This document shows positions 38,091 to 52,031 of a stretch of DNA of 64,000 bases, in pieces. Both the position numbers and the translations under genes were made by a program. The notes below the pieces were generated by a model. It had not been told where the DNA came from, searched no databases, and was given only the letters and a program-made list of their open reading frames with translations. Origin of the DNA: Octopus vulgaris (lineage: Eukaryota); contig OX597817.1 in assembly GCA_951406725.2 (NCBI GenBank), positions 121,954,001-122,018,000 of the forward strand, written 5' to 3'. Position 1 is the stretch's first letter, and each line of letters opens with the position of its first letter.

Positions 38091-40050
38091 ACAGCTAGCA
38101 ACTATAGACCAATCACTTGCTTACCATTAGTGTGAAAGCTGTTAACAGGAATGCTTTCAGAAGGCATTTACGAGCACCTTGACAACCAGAATTTACGACT
38201 AGAAGAATCGATAGGTTGCAGGAAGACGGGCTAGAGGAATGCACGATCTATTATATATTAAAAAAAAACAGTTCTAAATGAGGCAAAAGCTAGGAAGAAA
38301 AATCTAACAATAGCATGGATAGATTATAGGAAAGTCTATGACATGATCCCACACTTATGGGTAAGTGAATGTTTGAGTATATTCTGTATAGCACACAACA
38401 TAAGAAAATTAATTAGCTTTAGCATGAAGAAATGAAAAATAGATCTTTCCTCATGTGGCACACTCTTAGGGAAAGTTAATATCAAAAGAGGAATTTTCCA
38501 GGGACACTTGTTCTTCCCTTTAATATTTTTCTTATATTTGATCTCCACCAGTTTAGTATTAAAGAAAGCAAAGCAGGGTATCAGTTCAGAAAAAAAGTAA
38601 TGGAAACATTAACCATTTGCTCTACATGGATGATCTGAAGCTTTTTAGTAAGAATGAAAAAGAGATAGATTCCTTAATACAGACTGTAAAACTCTTCCGC
38701 AAAGTTATAGGCATGGAATTTGGCATAGATAAGTGTGCAATATTAATCATAAAAAAGGGACAGGTAGTCAACAGCGAGGGCATCCAATTATCGAATGACC
38801 AGACATTAAAACCATTGAAAAGATGAGTTATAAGTAACTAGGAGTATTAGAATCTAACAGAGTTATTAACTACATAAATGAAAACGAAAATTGAGGAGTA
38901 CATAAGAAGAATGAAGAAGCTAATGAAGTCAAAGCTAAATGGTCTGAATCTAGTGAAGGTTGTAAATACTTGGACAGTATCATTACTTAGATACTAGGCG
39001 CAGGAGTGACTGTGTGGTAAGTAGCTTGCTTACCAGCCACATGGTTCGGATTCAGACCCACTGCGTGGCACTTTGGGCAAGTGTCTTCTACTATAGCCTC
39101 GGGCCGACCAAAGCCTTGTGAGTGGATCTGGTGGTCGGAAACTGAAAGAAGCCTATCGTATATATGTATATATATGTGTGTGTGTGTTTGTGTGTCTGTG
39201 TTTGTCTTCCCAACATTGCTTGACAACCGATGCTGGTGTCTTCATGTCCCCGTAACGTTGCAGTTCGGCAAAAGAGACCGATAGAATAAGTACTAGGCTT
39301 ACAAAGAATAAGTCCCAGGGTCGATTTGCTCGACTAAAAGCGGTGCTCCAGCATGGCCGCAGTCAAATGACTGAAACAAGTAAAAGGGTAAAGAGTAAAG
39401 AGTATCATTACTTAGATGCTTTTTTAGATTGGATAAGTGAAGGACTAAAGAGGAAAGCTTTATTAATATAGTAAGTGAATGTAGCATACTGGCTCAGAAA
39501 GAATAGAAGAAAAGACATGACAAGCAAGGGAGAGCAATCCACTGAGAGCTATATAAAAAGCTAGGATTTGAACATGCTGATAAATGGTTTGAACATGAAC
39601 CTAGTAATGTACCAGAAAGTAGGAAATACAAGATGTTGTAGGAATTTATAACATTCAGACTGAGAGAGTAATAGAAGATAAGCCAGATTTAGTAGTAGTT
39701 GATAAAGAGAATAAAAAGTGCCAGATAATTGACTTTACAGTCCCAAATGATGAAAAAATTAATATGAGAGGCCTAGAACAAATAGCAAAGTACCAAGACC
39801 TAACTATTGAATTACAGAGACAGGAGAAAGTGCGGGTAAGATGCATCCCAGTAGTTATAGGTACATAAGGAAGTATAGATATGAACAGATGGAGAGGGGA
39901 AAGATGCATAAAACCCAGTTGAGTACAGCTGCAGAAAACAGTGTTATTAGGGGTTTTTGAGGGGTTCTGGGCATCTAAGGCTTTTTGTGGCAGCCCGATG
40001 TCAGGATTCTTTTCTTTTCCTAAAGTTTAATCTGTTGAGTGTATATGACT
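38088..40050 (+). mobile_element. Decayed R4/Dong-clade non-LTR retrotransposon (RT plus restriction-like endonuclease)
   Basis: NYRPITCLP, AWIDYRKVYDMIPH, KRGIFQG, HLLYMDDLKL, FGIDKC, NTWTVSLLRY, LAQKE*KKRHD, KPDLVVVDK, IIDFTVP; many stops and frameshifts; ends in (TAA)n. Confidence 0.92.
38997..39400 (+). mobile_element. SINE family B inserted in the LINE, with a 20-bp TSD
   Basis: agtatcattacttagat(a/g)ct at 38976-38995 and 39401-39420. Confidence 0.93.
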
Positions 40051-40131
40051 AATAATAATAATAATAATAATAATTATTATTATTATTATTATTATTATTG
40101 TTATTATTATTATTATTATTATTATTGTTAT
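40050..40131. repeat. (TAA)n abutting (TTA)n
   Basis: Read directly from the sequence. Confidence 0.95.
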
Positions 40132-40914
40132 TTACTAATAGGTTTCCAGTAACACATTACACGAGGTAGTGAAAATACACCAATATAAAGCAGTCTGAAT
40201 AAAATAATTGTGTATCTTGCACTATATTGCATTAATCCATATTTTTTCTTATATAATCAGCCTTCTTGTAGGAAGGTTGGCTATATTTCCGTTCAATTAG
40301 GAAAGCTTGAATCATTCAGTTTGACACATCTAATTCCTGATTTGTGATATCATATATTGATAATTGTGAAAACATGCATGTTGTCCCACTTTGTTCCGAG
40401 TTAGATTTGTCTTTGAACGCCTGGTTGCTTCGCACCACATAACTGTAATTCTTTCTACGTTCTACTTTGAAATGATAATTGCATTTGCTAGTAAAGTTTG
40501 AACTATTTGTGACAGAAAACATCAAATCGATTATAATTTGAAACAAATTGGCGTGTAAAAGTGTATAATCACCTTTAAATGATTCGATGAGAGAAAAGGC
40601 GTCTGAGAAAGATTTAGATTAAAAGGATAGAGAAATAGTGTTGAAACTCTTAATATAAAAGAAAGAGATGTTTTATTTTATTTTATGAATATAAAGCTTT
40701 ATCAGTCAATTAAACCCGACATATTTCGTTCAGTTTTCAAACGAGCATGAAACAAGTCTATAATTTTGCTACGCGCATAGACAATGAAAATATCACAATA
40801 GAGATAAACGATATATATGTAATTAAAATTAGTCATAAAAATGATTGAAGTTATCTACAATTAGAATTGCATATTTTGTCCTCACATAAAAAGAAATTAG
40901 AATAGTGTTATGTG

Positions 40915-41308
40915 TTTTAGTCATTTGACTGCGGCTATACTGGAGCACAGCTTTGAAGCGCTTTACTGGAATAAATCGACACCACGACTTATTTTTTAAA
41001 AGCCTAGTAGTTACTCTATCATTCTCCTTTGGAGAACGGCTAGGTTATAGGGACGTAAACACATCAACATCGTTTGTCAAGCAGTGGTAGGAGACAAATA
41101 CAGAACAAAGATGCACACACACGCATATACACGCACACACGGCGGGCTTCTTTCAGTTTACGTCTACCAAACCCACTCACAAGGCTTTGGTCGGCCCGAG
41201 GTTGTAGTATAAGACACTTGCCGAAGGTGTCACGTAGTGAGACTGATCCCCGAACCATGTAGTTTGGAAGAGAAGAAAGCTCCTTACCACGCAGCTGCGT
41301 CTGCGCCT
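40915..41308 (-). mobile_element. SINE family B
   Basis: Reverse complement; ends ctgcgcc. Confidence 0.85.
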
Positions 41309-41714
41309 CTACTTTTGAGTTTATTAAGTTATATAACGTTGCCAATCTCAAATAAATATTTTATCAACAACTACACGCAGAGATACAACTACAGGTAAGG
41401 CACATTCCTTTATCAGATTTATTATAAACGTTTCCCGTTAGTGTTAAAGCTGGCATCGCATGGAACTAAGATTAGGTTAATGAAAACTGTAAATACACAG
41501 GAGGATATAAAATTATGACCTAATGGAATGCGTAATTTAACTCACTTGGCATTATAATCTCTGGAAATACAAATACAGCACAAACATTTTTATTGATTTT
41601 ATTCAAATCCTCTAACACCCCACAAGCGTATGTATCATACTGTTTTAACAGTTATTAAGATACCGAACCCTGAAGCCTTTATAACGGTTGTTGTTGTTGT
41701 TGTTACTGTCATTA

Positions 41715-41749
<35 letters not shown>

Positions 41750-41756
41750 GTTATTA

Positions 41757-42100
41757 AGGGGCAGAATCTCTAACACACCGGACAAATTTCTTAGTGGCAT
41801 TTCATCCGTTCTTACGTTCTGAGTCACACTTTCCCCGAGGACGACTTTGCGTTCATCGTTTTGGGGTCGATGACATAAGTACCAGTTGAGTGTCATTTCC
41901 CCAAAAGGGTTTTTTAATATTAGTATTAAGGTAGTGAGCTGTCAGAATCGTTAGTATATCGGACAAAATGCTTAGCAACATTTTGTCGGTTTTTGTAGAC
42001 TGATTCTAAATTACAAATTCTGTCCAGGTCGACTTTGCTTTTCACCTTTCGAGCTCGATGAAGTTAGTACCAGTTAATCACTGAAATCGATGTAATCTGC
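41757..42100 (+). mobile_element. Two tandem SINE family A copies
   Basis: Heads at ~41757 and ~41929. Confidence 0.75.
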
Positions 42101-42102
42101 AT

Positions 42103-42760
42103 TAAGTGTGGGAAGAGGATCGAAAGCGTAACTCACTTTGTTAGTGCTTGTGAATGTCTTGCGCAGAAAGAGTATAAGTGCAGACACGACAAGGTAGCCC
42201 AAAAGCTTCACTGGCTACTATGCCGGAAGTACGGATACGAGGTAACGGTTGGTTGGTACCAACATACACCGGAAAAGGTAATGGACGAAACGGGGAAGGC
42301 AAAAATACTCTGGGACTTTAACTTCCAGACAGACAAGGTGTTAGAGCACCGAAAGCCGGATATAGTAACATTTAAGAGGGACAAACAAAAGTACCGAATA
42401 AATAAAGTGGCAGTGCCAGGGGATCAACATATCATCGTGAAAGAAAGAGAAAAAATTGAAAAATATGAAGACATGAGAATTGAGATCGCTAAGAGGTGGC
42501 TACTACGAAAGTCAAACATAAAGGTTATTCTTGTTTTCATCGAAGCATTGGGTTCAATACCTACCACGCTAAAGAAACATCTAGAAACTTTAGAAATTCC
42601 CTACAATCTAGGTGTATTGCAAAAAATGGGCATTACTTGGAACTGCGCGCATATTGCGTAAAGTTCTATCAGTTCATATTATGACTTGACAGACAGTACA
42701 GACACCCGGTAAGCACAATATCTTCAATCAATAAAATTATGATATTGGATAATGTGTGAG
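42103..42760 (+). mobile_element. R4/Dong-clade LINE 3' fragment (zinc knuckle plus endonuclease) with 3' UTR
   Basis: CG..IESVTHFVSACECLAQKEYKCRHDKVA...ILWDFNFQTDKVLEHRKPDIV...VAVPGD...EKIEKY; same family as 60735-61230. Confidence 0.9.
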
Positions 42761-42789
42761 CATTAGAGGAGAAGAAAACAACATAGCAT

Positions 42790-43700
42790 GGTGTGTAAAA
42801 ATGCCCCAGAACCGCTATTATTAGGAGTAAGACGGTCAGGCTTGTGTAGGATGAAATATTGCAAAGATAAAGCACTATACAAGAAATTCAAAACGAATGA
42901 AACTGAAGATAGGTGGGTAAAGAAAAGAATGCATGATCAATTTCATAGGGATGTTGTTGATGAGACAGGCAGAGAAAAAAGGTGGCTGTGGATGACTAAA
43001 AGTGATTTAAAACCGGAAATGGAGGCTGTAATCTGTGCTGCCCAAGAGCAAGCACTAAGAACAAACTACATAAAATACATAATAGACAACACAGCAAAAA
43101 GTGGTAAGTGCAGAATCTGTGGACAACAGGGTGAAAATATATGGTATGTTACCAGCCAATGTACGCCACTAGTCCAGAAGGAATATAAGAGACGCCCAGA
43201 CAATATAGCCACTATATAAAGGCATCATCGAAAATAGAAATGCAAAGATCCTATGGGATTTTATGATTCAGTGTGACCATAAGATAGAGAATAGGAAGCC
43301 AGACAGACATAACTGAGAAAGAAAACAAACTATGCTGTATCATTTATATAGCAAGCCCAGCTGACAACAAGGTATGCGTAAGGAAGAAAGAAAAGTCGAC
43401 AGATATGACAGGTTAGCTTGGAAAGTTAAGCAGTTGTGGTCGATGAAAAAGGTAGCAGTAGTACCAATAAGTGTCGGAGCCCTGGGAACAGTGAGCAAAA
43501 ATCTCGAGACGTACGTGGAACACATAGGGGCTGCAATAAGGGTGGATCACTTGCAGAAAACAGCACTTTTTGGGACCACTCGAATACTCCGGAAGGTGCT
43601 CGAAAAATAAGAGATGTTACCTTAGTTCACCGGTTGTGAACAGCTGACACTGTAGTACATTTCCAACGTTAGAAGCTGTGCAAAAGCAGTGATAATAATA
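42790..43700 (+). mobile_element. R4/Dong-clade LINE 3' fragment, second subfamily
   Basis: WLWMTKSDLKPEMEAVICAAQEQALRTNY...CRICGQQGENIWYVTSQC...; VVPISVGALG...LQKTALFGTTRILRKVLE*; UTR ending in (TAA)n. Confidence 0.92.
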
Positions 43701-43704
43701 ATTC

Positions 43705-44045
43705 CATTCCAAACACAACAAATCCCAGAATTAGGTGAACTGGAAACATATAAGTCCAGATAAAACAAAACCCAGAATTAGACGTACTAGATACAAGCAC
43801 AGAAAAAGTTAAGCGCATGAAAACCCTTGTTAAAACTGCTGCTTTAGATATTCTCACTGATAAATGGCAAGAAAAATCCCTCAATGGCAAATACCCAAAG
43901 AGAGCTAATAATGCTGATGTTCACAAAACCCTTATCCATCAACGGTTAATGTATTCTGGCTTAAAATCAGGGACGGGATGGTCTTTTAAAACAGCCCAAG
44001 ACCAGTCCCTGCCTAAAAGAAGCTACCAGACGAATATTCAAAAAG
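43705..44045 (+). mobile_element. R4/Dong-clade LINE internal fragment, third subfamily
   Basis: KWQEKSLNGKYP...LMYSGLKSGT....AQDQSLPKRSYQ. Confidence 0.8.
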
Positions 44046-44384
44046 TAGTGCTCATATTCTACGTAATATATTGTCTATGTAATCCCTCAAATATTTTAAT
44101 CTGGAAACAGTGTTGAAATATTTTTCAATCTACATAATAGCAAACGCCTTTTATGGTCATCTTAACATAACACTATCATCTTTTAATCAAATTACCTTTA
44201 AAACAATCTTCTAATTTACTTAAGCTTTGAGAGATATTTTCTAGAACGATACTCTGAACAAAACCAAATATATGGCACTCTGGTCATAACACAACTTGAA
44301 CTTCTAACTTATTGCCTCTTGTGGTCGTTGGGTGAGACTAGGAGTCAGCTTGTACAAATACAAAGCAAAACGAAACATAAGTTT

Positions 44385-44580
44385 ATTCAGGGAACTTTTG
44401 AGAACGATAAGCTACTCGACCTGAAGAAAATTGATATGGGATCCCCATGTCACGCACATATGATTGTGATGCCTGTGCCTGCTCAACCGTTATCAGAGGA
44501 GTAGTCCTGATGGGGGCTTCGTATATTTTACCTCTGTGTCACTTTGATGGCATGCACTCTCACTCAATAATAGCAATAAT
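44385..44580 (+). mobile_element. Partial copy of the (AAT)n-associated repeat at 44900
   Basis: ttattcaggga...tactcgacc...catgtc(a/g)c(g/a)cacatatg...gggcttcgtat shared with 45220-45410. Confidence 0.7.
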
Positions 44581-44584
44581 AATC

Positions 44585-44793
44585 CTTTCTGCTATAGGCA
44601 CAAAGCCGGGAATTTCAGTGAGGTGGATAGTCGATTCCATTAATTCCAGTATCAATTGCTAATTAATTTATCGACCCCGAAAGGATGAAAGGCAAAGTTG
44701 ACTTTGGCGGAATTTGAACTCAGAACGTACCGACAGGCGAAATACCGCTAACGATTTGGCCCAGCATGCTAACAATTCTTCCAGCTCACCGAC
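44585..44793 (-). mobile_element. SINE family A
   Basis: Full reverse-complement match. Confidence 0.85.
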
Positions 44794-45412
<619 letters not shown>

Positions 45413-46581
45413 TAACTTCTTCAGGCAATAAAGACGTGTCCCTCAGTTATATACTTCTGCTGCAACTATAAAAGGCCTTTACTTCACGCTCTTTGCGTTA
45501 TGATTACGTTCTGAATACAAATCCTTCTGTGTTTAACTTTGTCTTTCAGTCTTTCCAGAGTCGATAAAATACAGTATCACTCAAGTACGAGTTCGATTGA
45601 AATAACTATCTTTTGCCCCAACCAAATTTCTGACTTTTAGCCTCTGTTAGAAATTACTTACTGTTCTTGTTATATTTTGATCATTTAAATTTCTTATGTG
45701 TATTATGATCAAAAGTCATACAATTTATCACTAGGATTTTACAGACAGCACCATCATCATCAGCAGATATATCGCTATTAATATTGACGTCATTGTCATC
45801 AGCAACATCACTATGATGATTAATATTGTTGTTAATGATATTATTGCTATAATTATCGTGACATCAAAGGTCAAATATATACGCCATCTGTCGCATGACT
45901 CATATATAGTGGAGCTACAGACGCTGTTACTCTCGATGTCAGATATTCAGTGAACCAGTGATTAATCTATTGGAAACCTGTAACCAATGACACCTTTCCT
46001 CATTAATTGCCATAGCAAACGAGGTAAAACAATAAATTAAATATAAAACTAAAATAAATCCATTCTTTACACGGTATGCAAATTTTTGTGAATCTACTTG
46101 TCATACTTACTGCAATTAACATCTAAAAAGCAATCACAAATAGTGAAGCTGTTGTTTAATTATTGTCATACATAACTCTGCATACCATTCGGTCTTATCA
46201 AATTTCCCCAGTAAGAAAATATCTTATCGTATCTGATATAATGATGAGAGAGTCATTGGGTAACTAGCAAATATTGTACGCAGGTATGTTTGAATATTGC
46301 CATATTACAGAATAGCATACAAAGTGAAGTACCTTAGATATTGACTTCCAAGAGGATTAAATGCTGAATGATTTTTTTTTCTCGCACGTTTATACTCTAA
46401 AATATTCCTTTCTCACGCATAGATCTGTGGTCCTCTAATTTCTATATCAGCTAAAGTAAAGTCTGTTCTTTCCTAAGTGAGTCGACTATGACTGAGTCTT
46501 TTATTCGGAATAATCACCGTATTTGTCGGGATTATTCAGATACCCTGAATCAATGAGTAATAAGATCTTCTACTTCCTGTC

Positions 46582-46620
<39 letters not shown>

Positions 46621-46654
46621 CATATATATATATATTGTCGACTACATATGCTTA

Positions 46655-46685
<31 letters not shown>

Positions 46686-46757
46686 TACATACATGCATGC
46701 ATACATACATACATACATACATACATACATACATACATAGATAACATATATACATAC

Positions 46758-46819
<62 letters not shown>

Positions 46820-47093
46820 TTAGGGTATGTAAGAGATACCACCACGCTGGAAATAGCAGCCAAAACTTGGCTGGTGGTACATTTAGAGTGCTGTCCAAAA
46901 TACTTTACCCTGTTTTACTGGTTCTTTTCAATTTGATTCTCCGTTCACTCTCCTAGTCGAAAATATGTTGTCTCTCTTGGATACCCTAAATTATATTTTC
47001 AATAATAATCATTACCTTTGGAGGTTTTTATTCCCATGCTGGCCACCTGATAAGATCGGTATTTAAATAACGATCTTATCTTTATTTATATAA

Positions 47094-47169
<76 letters not shown>

Positions 47170-48077
47170 TAGACACAGTATGGAATCTCTTTTTAAAGGT
47201 GGTAGGGTTTGATTTCAGAGAAATTTATGTGTCATTCCTAGGTTTGTGACCACATAAAGGCATTCGATTTATCTTGTTGATTAGAGCGATGCAAAATTCA
47301 AGAGAGTACTCAATGTTCCTTCAGGACTACAGTCATCTACCCCTGTAGCTGGTAGATGTAGATATAGCTCATGTAGCTCCCTCCACAGCACTTATGTAAA
47401 TATAATTGGTCTGGTATAGGTGAGGAAAAGTTAAAGAATTCACTCGATTATCTGAAAATAAGTTGATCATGTAGTAGTACTTGAAATAGAATTATTAAGT
47501 AGAACAGAACGTAATTTTCATGCCTTCCCTTACAGACATACGCACACATTATATATAAAATCGAAATTACTAAGAATTACTAAGTGACCTTTCTTATCGA
47601 ACAATGTTGACCATTGTTATCTTCATTTTCAGAACAATTCATTGCCTTGCGTATAAAATATAGATTTATCAAAGAAGAAGCAGAAAAGAAATAATGCAAT
47701 CAGTATCATTTACAACGAAAATAATGAAATCTCCTCTTCTATCATCCTACGAAATTCGTTTTACAATCGAAGCAGCTAAGTTGCTTCGAAATCAATCAAT
47801 ATTCATACTGTTGAATAAAAATAATCTTTGTTACACTGAATGTTGATGTGCTATGATAACACAAGAGCATCATACTAAGTACAGTTGGTTCTGCAACTGG
47901 ACTGCCTGGGGAAAATTCATCTCAGAATTTTTTTACCAATATCCATAGCTATCTTTTTTTATAAAGGAGGAAAATACCTTCTGGTTTTATTATAAAAAAT
48001 ATAAGAGAAAATTAACAATATCCAAAATCTTTTGCGATTCGAATAGAATGTTCCACAATATTTTTGTTCTGTCTGAA

Positions 48078-48430
48078 AGTGGCGAGCTGTCAAAAACGTT
48101 AGCACACCAGGCGAAATGCGTAGCCGAATTTAGTCTGCCGTTACGTTCTGAATTCAAATTCCGGCGTGGTCGACTTTGCTTTTCATCCTTTCGGGGTCGA
48201 TAAATTAAGTACCGTCTGTCTGTCCTTGTTTGTCTCCTCTGTGTTTAGCCCCTTGTGGGTAGTAAAGAAATAGGTATTTCGTCTGTCTTCATATTCTGAG
48301 TTCAAATTCCGCCGAAGTCGACTTTGCCTTTTCTCTTTTCGGGTCGATAAATTAAGTACCAGTTGCGTACTGAGGTCGATCTTATCGAAACGCCCACTCC
48401 TCCAAAATTTCGGGCATTGTGTAGAATAGA
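48078..48430 (+). mobile_element. Composite (dimeric) SINE family A
   Basis: Two B-box/body units joined by a ~60-bp linker. Confidence 0.8.
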
Positions 48431-51400
48431 ATATTTGTTCCGTCTGTTTGCAATCTGAGTTCAAATCCTTCCGAATTTTGTTCTTCATTTCACCCTTCCA
48501 TGTTTATAATTTAAACTTCAATCTAGTAAAGAACCCTTTTCATGCTTATAAATTAAATTTCAGTCTAGTAATGACTCTTCTGGAGTCGGCTATGGTAAAC
48601 TAAGGAAAAGGTCGTGGGACCATTCACATTACTTCTTTCTCCAGATAGGATTGATCAAGAGGTTTGAATAGTAGCATATTTTATCGTTTGAAAAGAAGTT
48701 GACATGCTACTGCAACAATCAAATGAGAGACTAATGTGTTATCCAGTGCGTAACGTAAATATAGATACAGGCCTTGAAATAAAGAAAAAAATGCTTTGGA
48801 TTTCAGAAGACATCATGAAGTTAGAAGAATTGAAGTTCCATTGCAAAAAGAGGAAGGAAGTGTCCTTTTAATCAACTTAAATCCTTCACCAAAAATTACT
48901 GGCCTTGTGCCAAAATGTGAAACAAGCATTTAATAAAAATAAACCATACTAATAGTTATTTCATTTTCCTATTGTCGATTTCATATCAATTGTTGGAATG
49001 AAATTTGACCTGCCCAAAGTGCGTCATGTCTAATTGATACATTTGTATTGTCATCAATGCTTACAAAGAATTATTAGTACAAATGAAAAATCGTTACGAA
49101 TTTTCAAACAACTTAAGTGTTTTCAGATAGCATGACTGTTCAAATATTTAGTACAATTACATTTGCATGTTCTGATGTGCGGACATATATATATACTTTT
49201 ACGATTAAAAACATCATATGTAAATTTATTCTAGAATGTTTTGCTATAAAAGTTTCAGTCAACTAAAAATCTGTATGATTATATCAATAACTTACATCTC
49301 AGTCTGCTATTTTATTTCTCCTCCTTACTCTAGTTGTACAACGGCTACCCGTCTGTTTTCGGATTTGTACGTGTCATATGTAAATGAGGATGAGATGACA
49401 GAACGCATTAGCTGAAAGTTAAAGATAATCATTTTTCTAAACTGAATATATAGTAACAGCTGCGTTTTGATATGTGAGATATTTAAGAAATCCCATAAGT
49501 TGAGATAATATTACATCTGTGTTCATAGATCAACAATATTAATGCAAATATGTAACTAAGTAACCAAAGAGAGACACAAGATTTTTTCGGCAAGAAATCT
49601 TGTAATCTATTCGTTAATTATTAAATAATTTGTTTTCGGTACACAGAAAAAGCAATTTTTAACTGAAAAGATAAACTATTCGATTTAATTAAAATCATAT
49701 CACAAAATTAATATAGTGTTAAAATTATATTTGTACGATTTCGAATAACGATTTTGATTTCTAAATCAGATGTCTGATTTAAAATCCAATATTATTACTC
49801 TAAAGTTTTCCAATATTACTATGCATTTATTTCGCTCCATTAAACAAATAAATTCCCACCAGCTATTGAATTTCTTTGGTATGCAGTGGATGTTAATCTT
49901 CTGACTGACAATTACATTTCACTGTGCTGTAACTTTTAATCTTATTAAAAACTAGGTCGTCTTCAATGCATTTCATTTGATATGTATTTCTTTTCGTTTT
50001 AATTTAATATATCCGGTAGATATTAGTGAAAATAAATGTTGTATATAAGATTAAAGATTGAATTGTCTTTCCGGAGTAAGTACATGTGTTTATGCAAATA
50101 TCGGTTGCATTTGCACTGAGACGATTTGTGTTAGGTGTGCAGCGTTTCGTTACATCAGAAGTGGGACAAATGCCATGCATATAAAATGATGAAGGTTAAG
50201 AAATGCAAAGAAAGAATAATCAACCGATGCTGACAAACCTTACAACTACTGTTGTCCTTGTAATGTTATCAATCATTTTGAATCAATGTACATCCAATAT
50301 TCCGTTTTGAGATGTTTCTCGGTACTTGATTTATTTTTATTTGTAGCACATTTTGCATTTGCAGCACATCATATTTTATTCACACAGTGTTATACCACAA
50401 ACTGCACTTTGCTGTATTTAATATTAAAAGTCTCGGGTTCTAGTGTTATTTTTGTCATATAAATTTGTGTAAGGTTTGCTGTTCATCATTTTAGTATTAA
50501 TATAAGTTCTAAAGGCTTTTCGAATTGTGAATGCTAAAGAAATAAAGATCCATTAACATAATATACGGTTTTGTGTTTAATTTACGACGTTATATTACAG
50601 AGAATATATCTAAGTAATGCACGTATGTATGTGTGTGTGTGTGTGTGTGTGCGTGCGTTTTAAGTGTCAGTGTGCATGTGTATTTTAAGCGTCATTATGC
50701 CCAGGAGTATACTTTTTGTAACAGAGAAAAGTATCATGTATCTATGTGCAGTAGGAATAATATTGTAAAGCTTCAGAAGTAGTTGTCAAATGTGATATTT
50801 ATCACGCACATTATAATACATACAGATATTTCTCGCATTTTAGGACTTATTAGTGAATAGCAAACACTGCTTCTTCTTCTGCGCCCTTACTTTAAATGCA
50901 TTCATATTGACATTAAATAGCTTTTCTTTGTAAATGTGAAGATTCCAACTAAAAAAAAATATTAAAGTCTTATGTATATAGAACTTTAATACAGTGATCA
51001 AATATGCAATATGTATACCCATTCTGGGTACTAGCGTTATTATTAACGTTTATATGTTGAAAATCTAACAGAATATCCTGCAGGAATAGAATTAATTCAT
51101 TGATTTATTATCTTCTTTACTGTCATATTATGCAATAATATTCATCACGTCGTCTTCTCTGTGTGAAAAATGATGTTCGGTGCTAATAATTCTCTTCTTA
51201 AATATTTCCCAATTCTCAGTTGTGCCATAATATATTCTCATGTTAAAATGTACATTCGATTAATGTTTCCGATGTAACGTATTTTTCTTATATATTTAGT
51301 TTTATTCTACCGACTTTTAGTTTATTATTCGAAAGTTATATTTTGATATGTTGTCCTGAAAATGTATTGACATAACAATAATGTTTTTACTTTAATGAAT

Positions 51401-51481
51401 CTGAGTAGGGGTTGACAAAAAGAGAACACCAAACTGAATTACTTGCATTATTTAGTTACATTAAGGCTAGAATTGCTAGTA

Positions 51482-51652
51482 CGGCGGCATTTCGAACCTC
51501 TGAACGTTCTGAGTTCAAATTCTGTCGAGGCCGACATTGCCCTTCAGGTTTTCAATGTCGATGAAATAAATACCAGTTCTGCATTGACGTCAGTGTAATT
51601 TACTTACTCTCTCTTCGGATATTGCTGGCTTTGTGCCATAATTTGAAACCGA
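51482..51652 (+). mobile_element. SINE family A, 5'-truncated
   Basis: gttctgagttcaaattctgtcgagg...aatttgaaacc. Confidence 0.75.
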
Positions 51653-51978
51653 TACTAAGTTACATAATTTACGCTTTAAGTTCAATCCAATTTGTGTGGA
51701 GATGACGTGTTAAATAAACCAGGAAGCGAAAAGTAATTATCAGGCATATACATGAGTAGATTTATTCAACTTCTATTTAAGTGACTCACAATTTCATCTG
51801 GATTTTAGAAATAATGCAGTTGTCATTTTCTATTAGCTTTTTTTTTAAAGATTAAAGTTGCATCATAGTAATTGTCACTCAAAAGATTAGACAAGAAATG
51901 ACAAGGTACATACATACATATTTATATAAGTATAGTTATATGTCACATATGTGCATATATATACATACACATATACAT

Positions 51979-52031
<53 letters not shown>

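Noticed and set aside
42281-43610. ORFs of 126, 143 and 78 aa as host genes or an active retroelement
   Set aside because: They are frameshifted, truncated LINE fragments from different subfamilies.
47338-47365. tacccctgtag, resembling miR-10
   Set aside because: It has an extra C in the seed and diverges afterwards from the TACCCTGTAGATCCGAATTTGT mature sequence.
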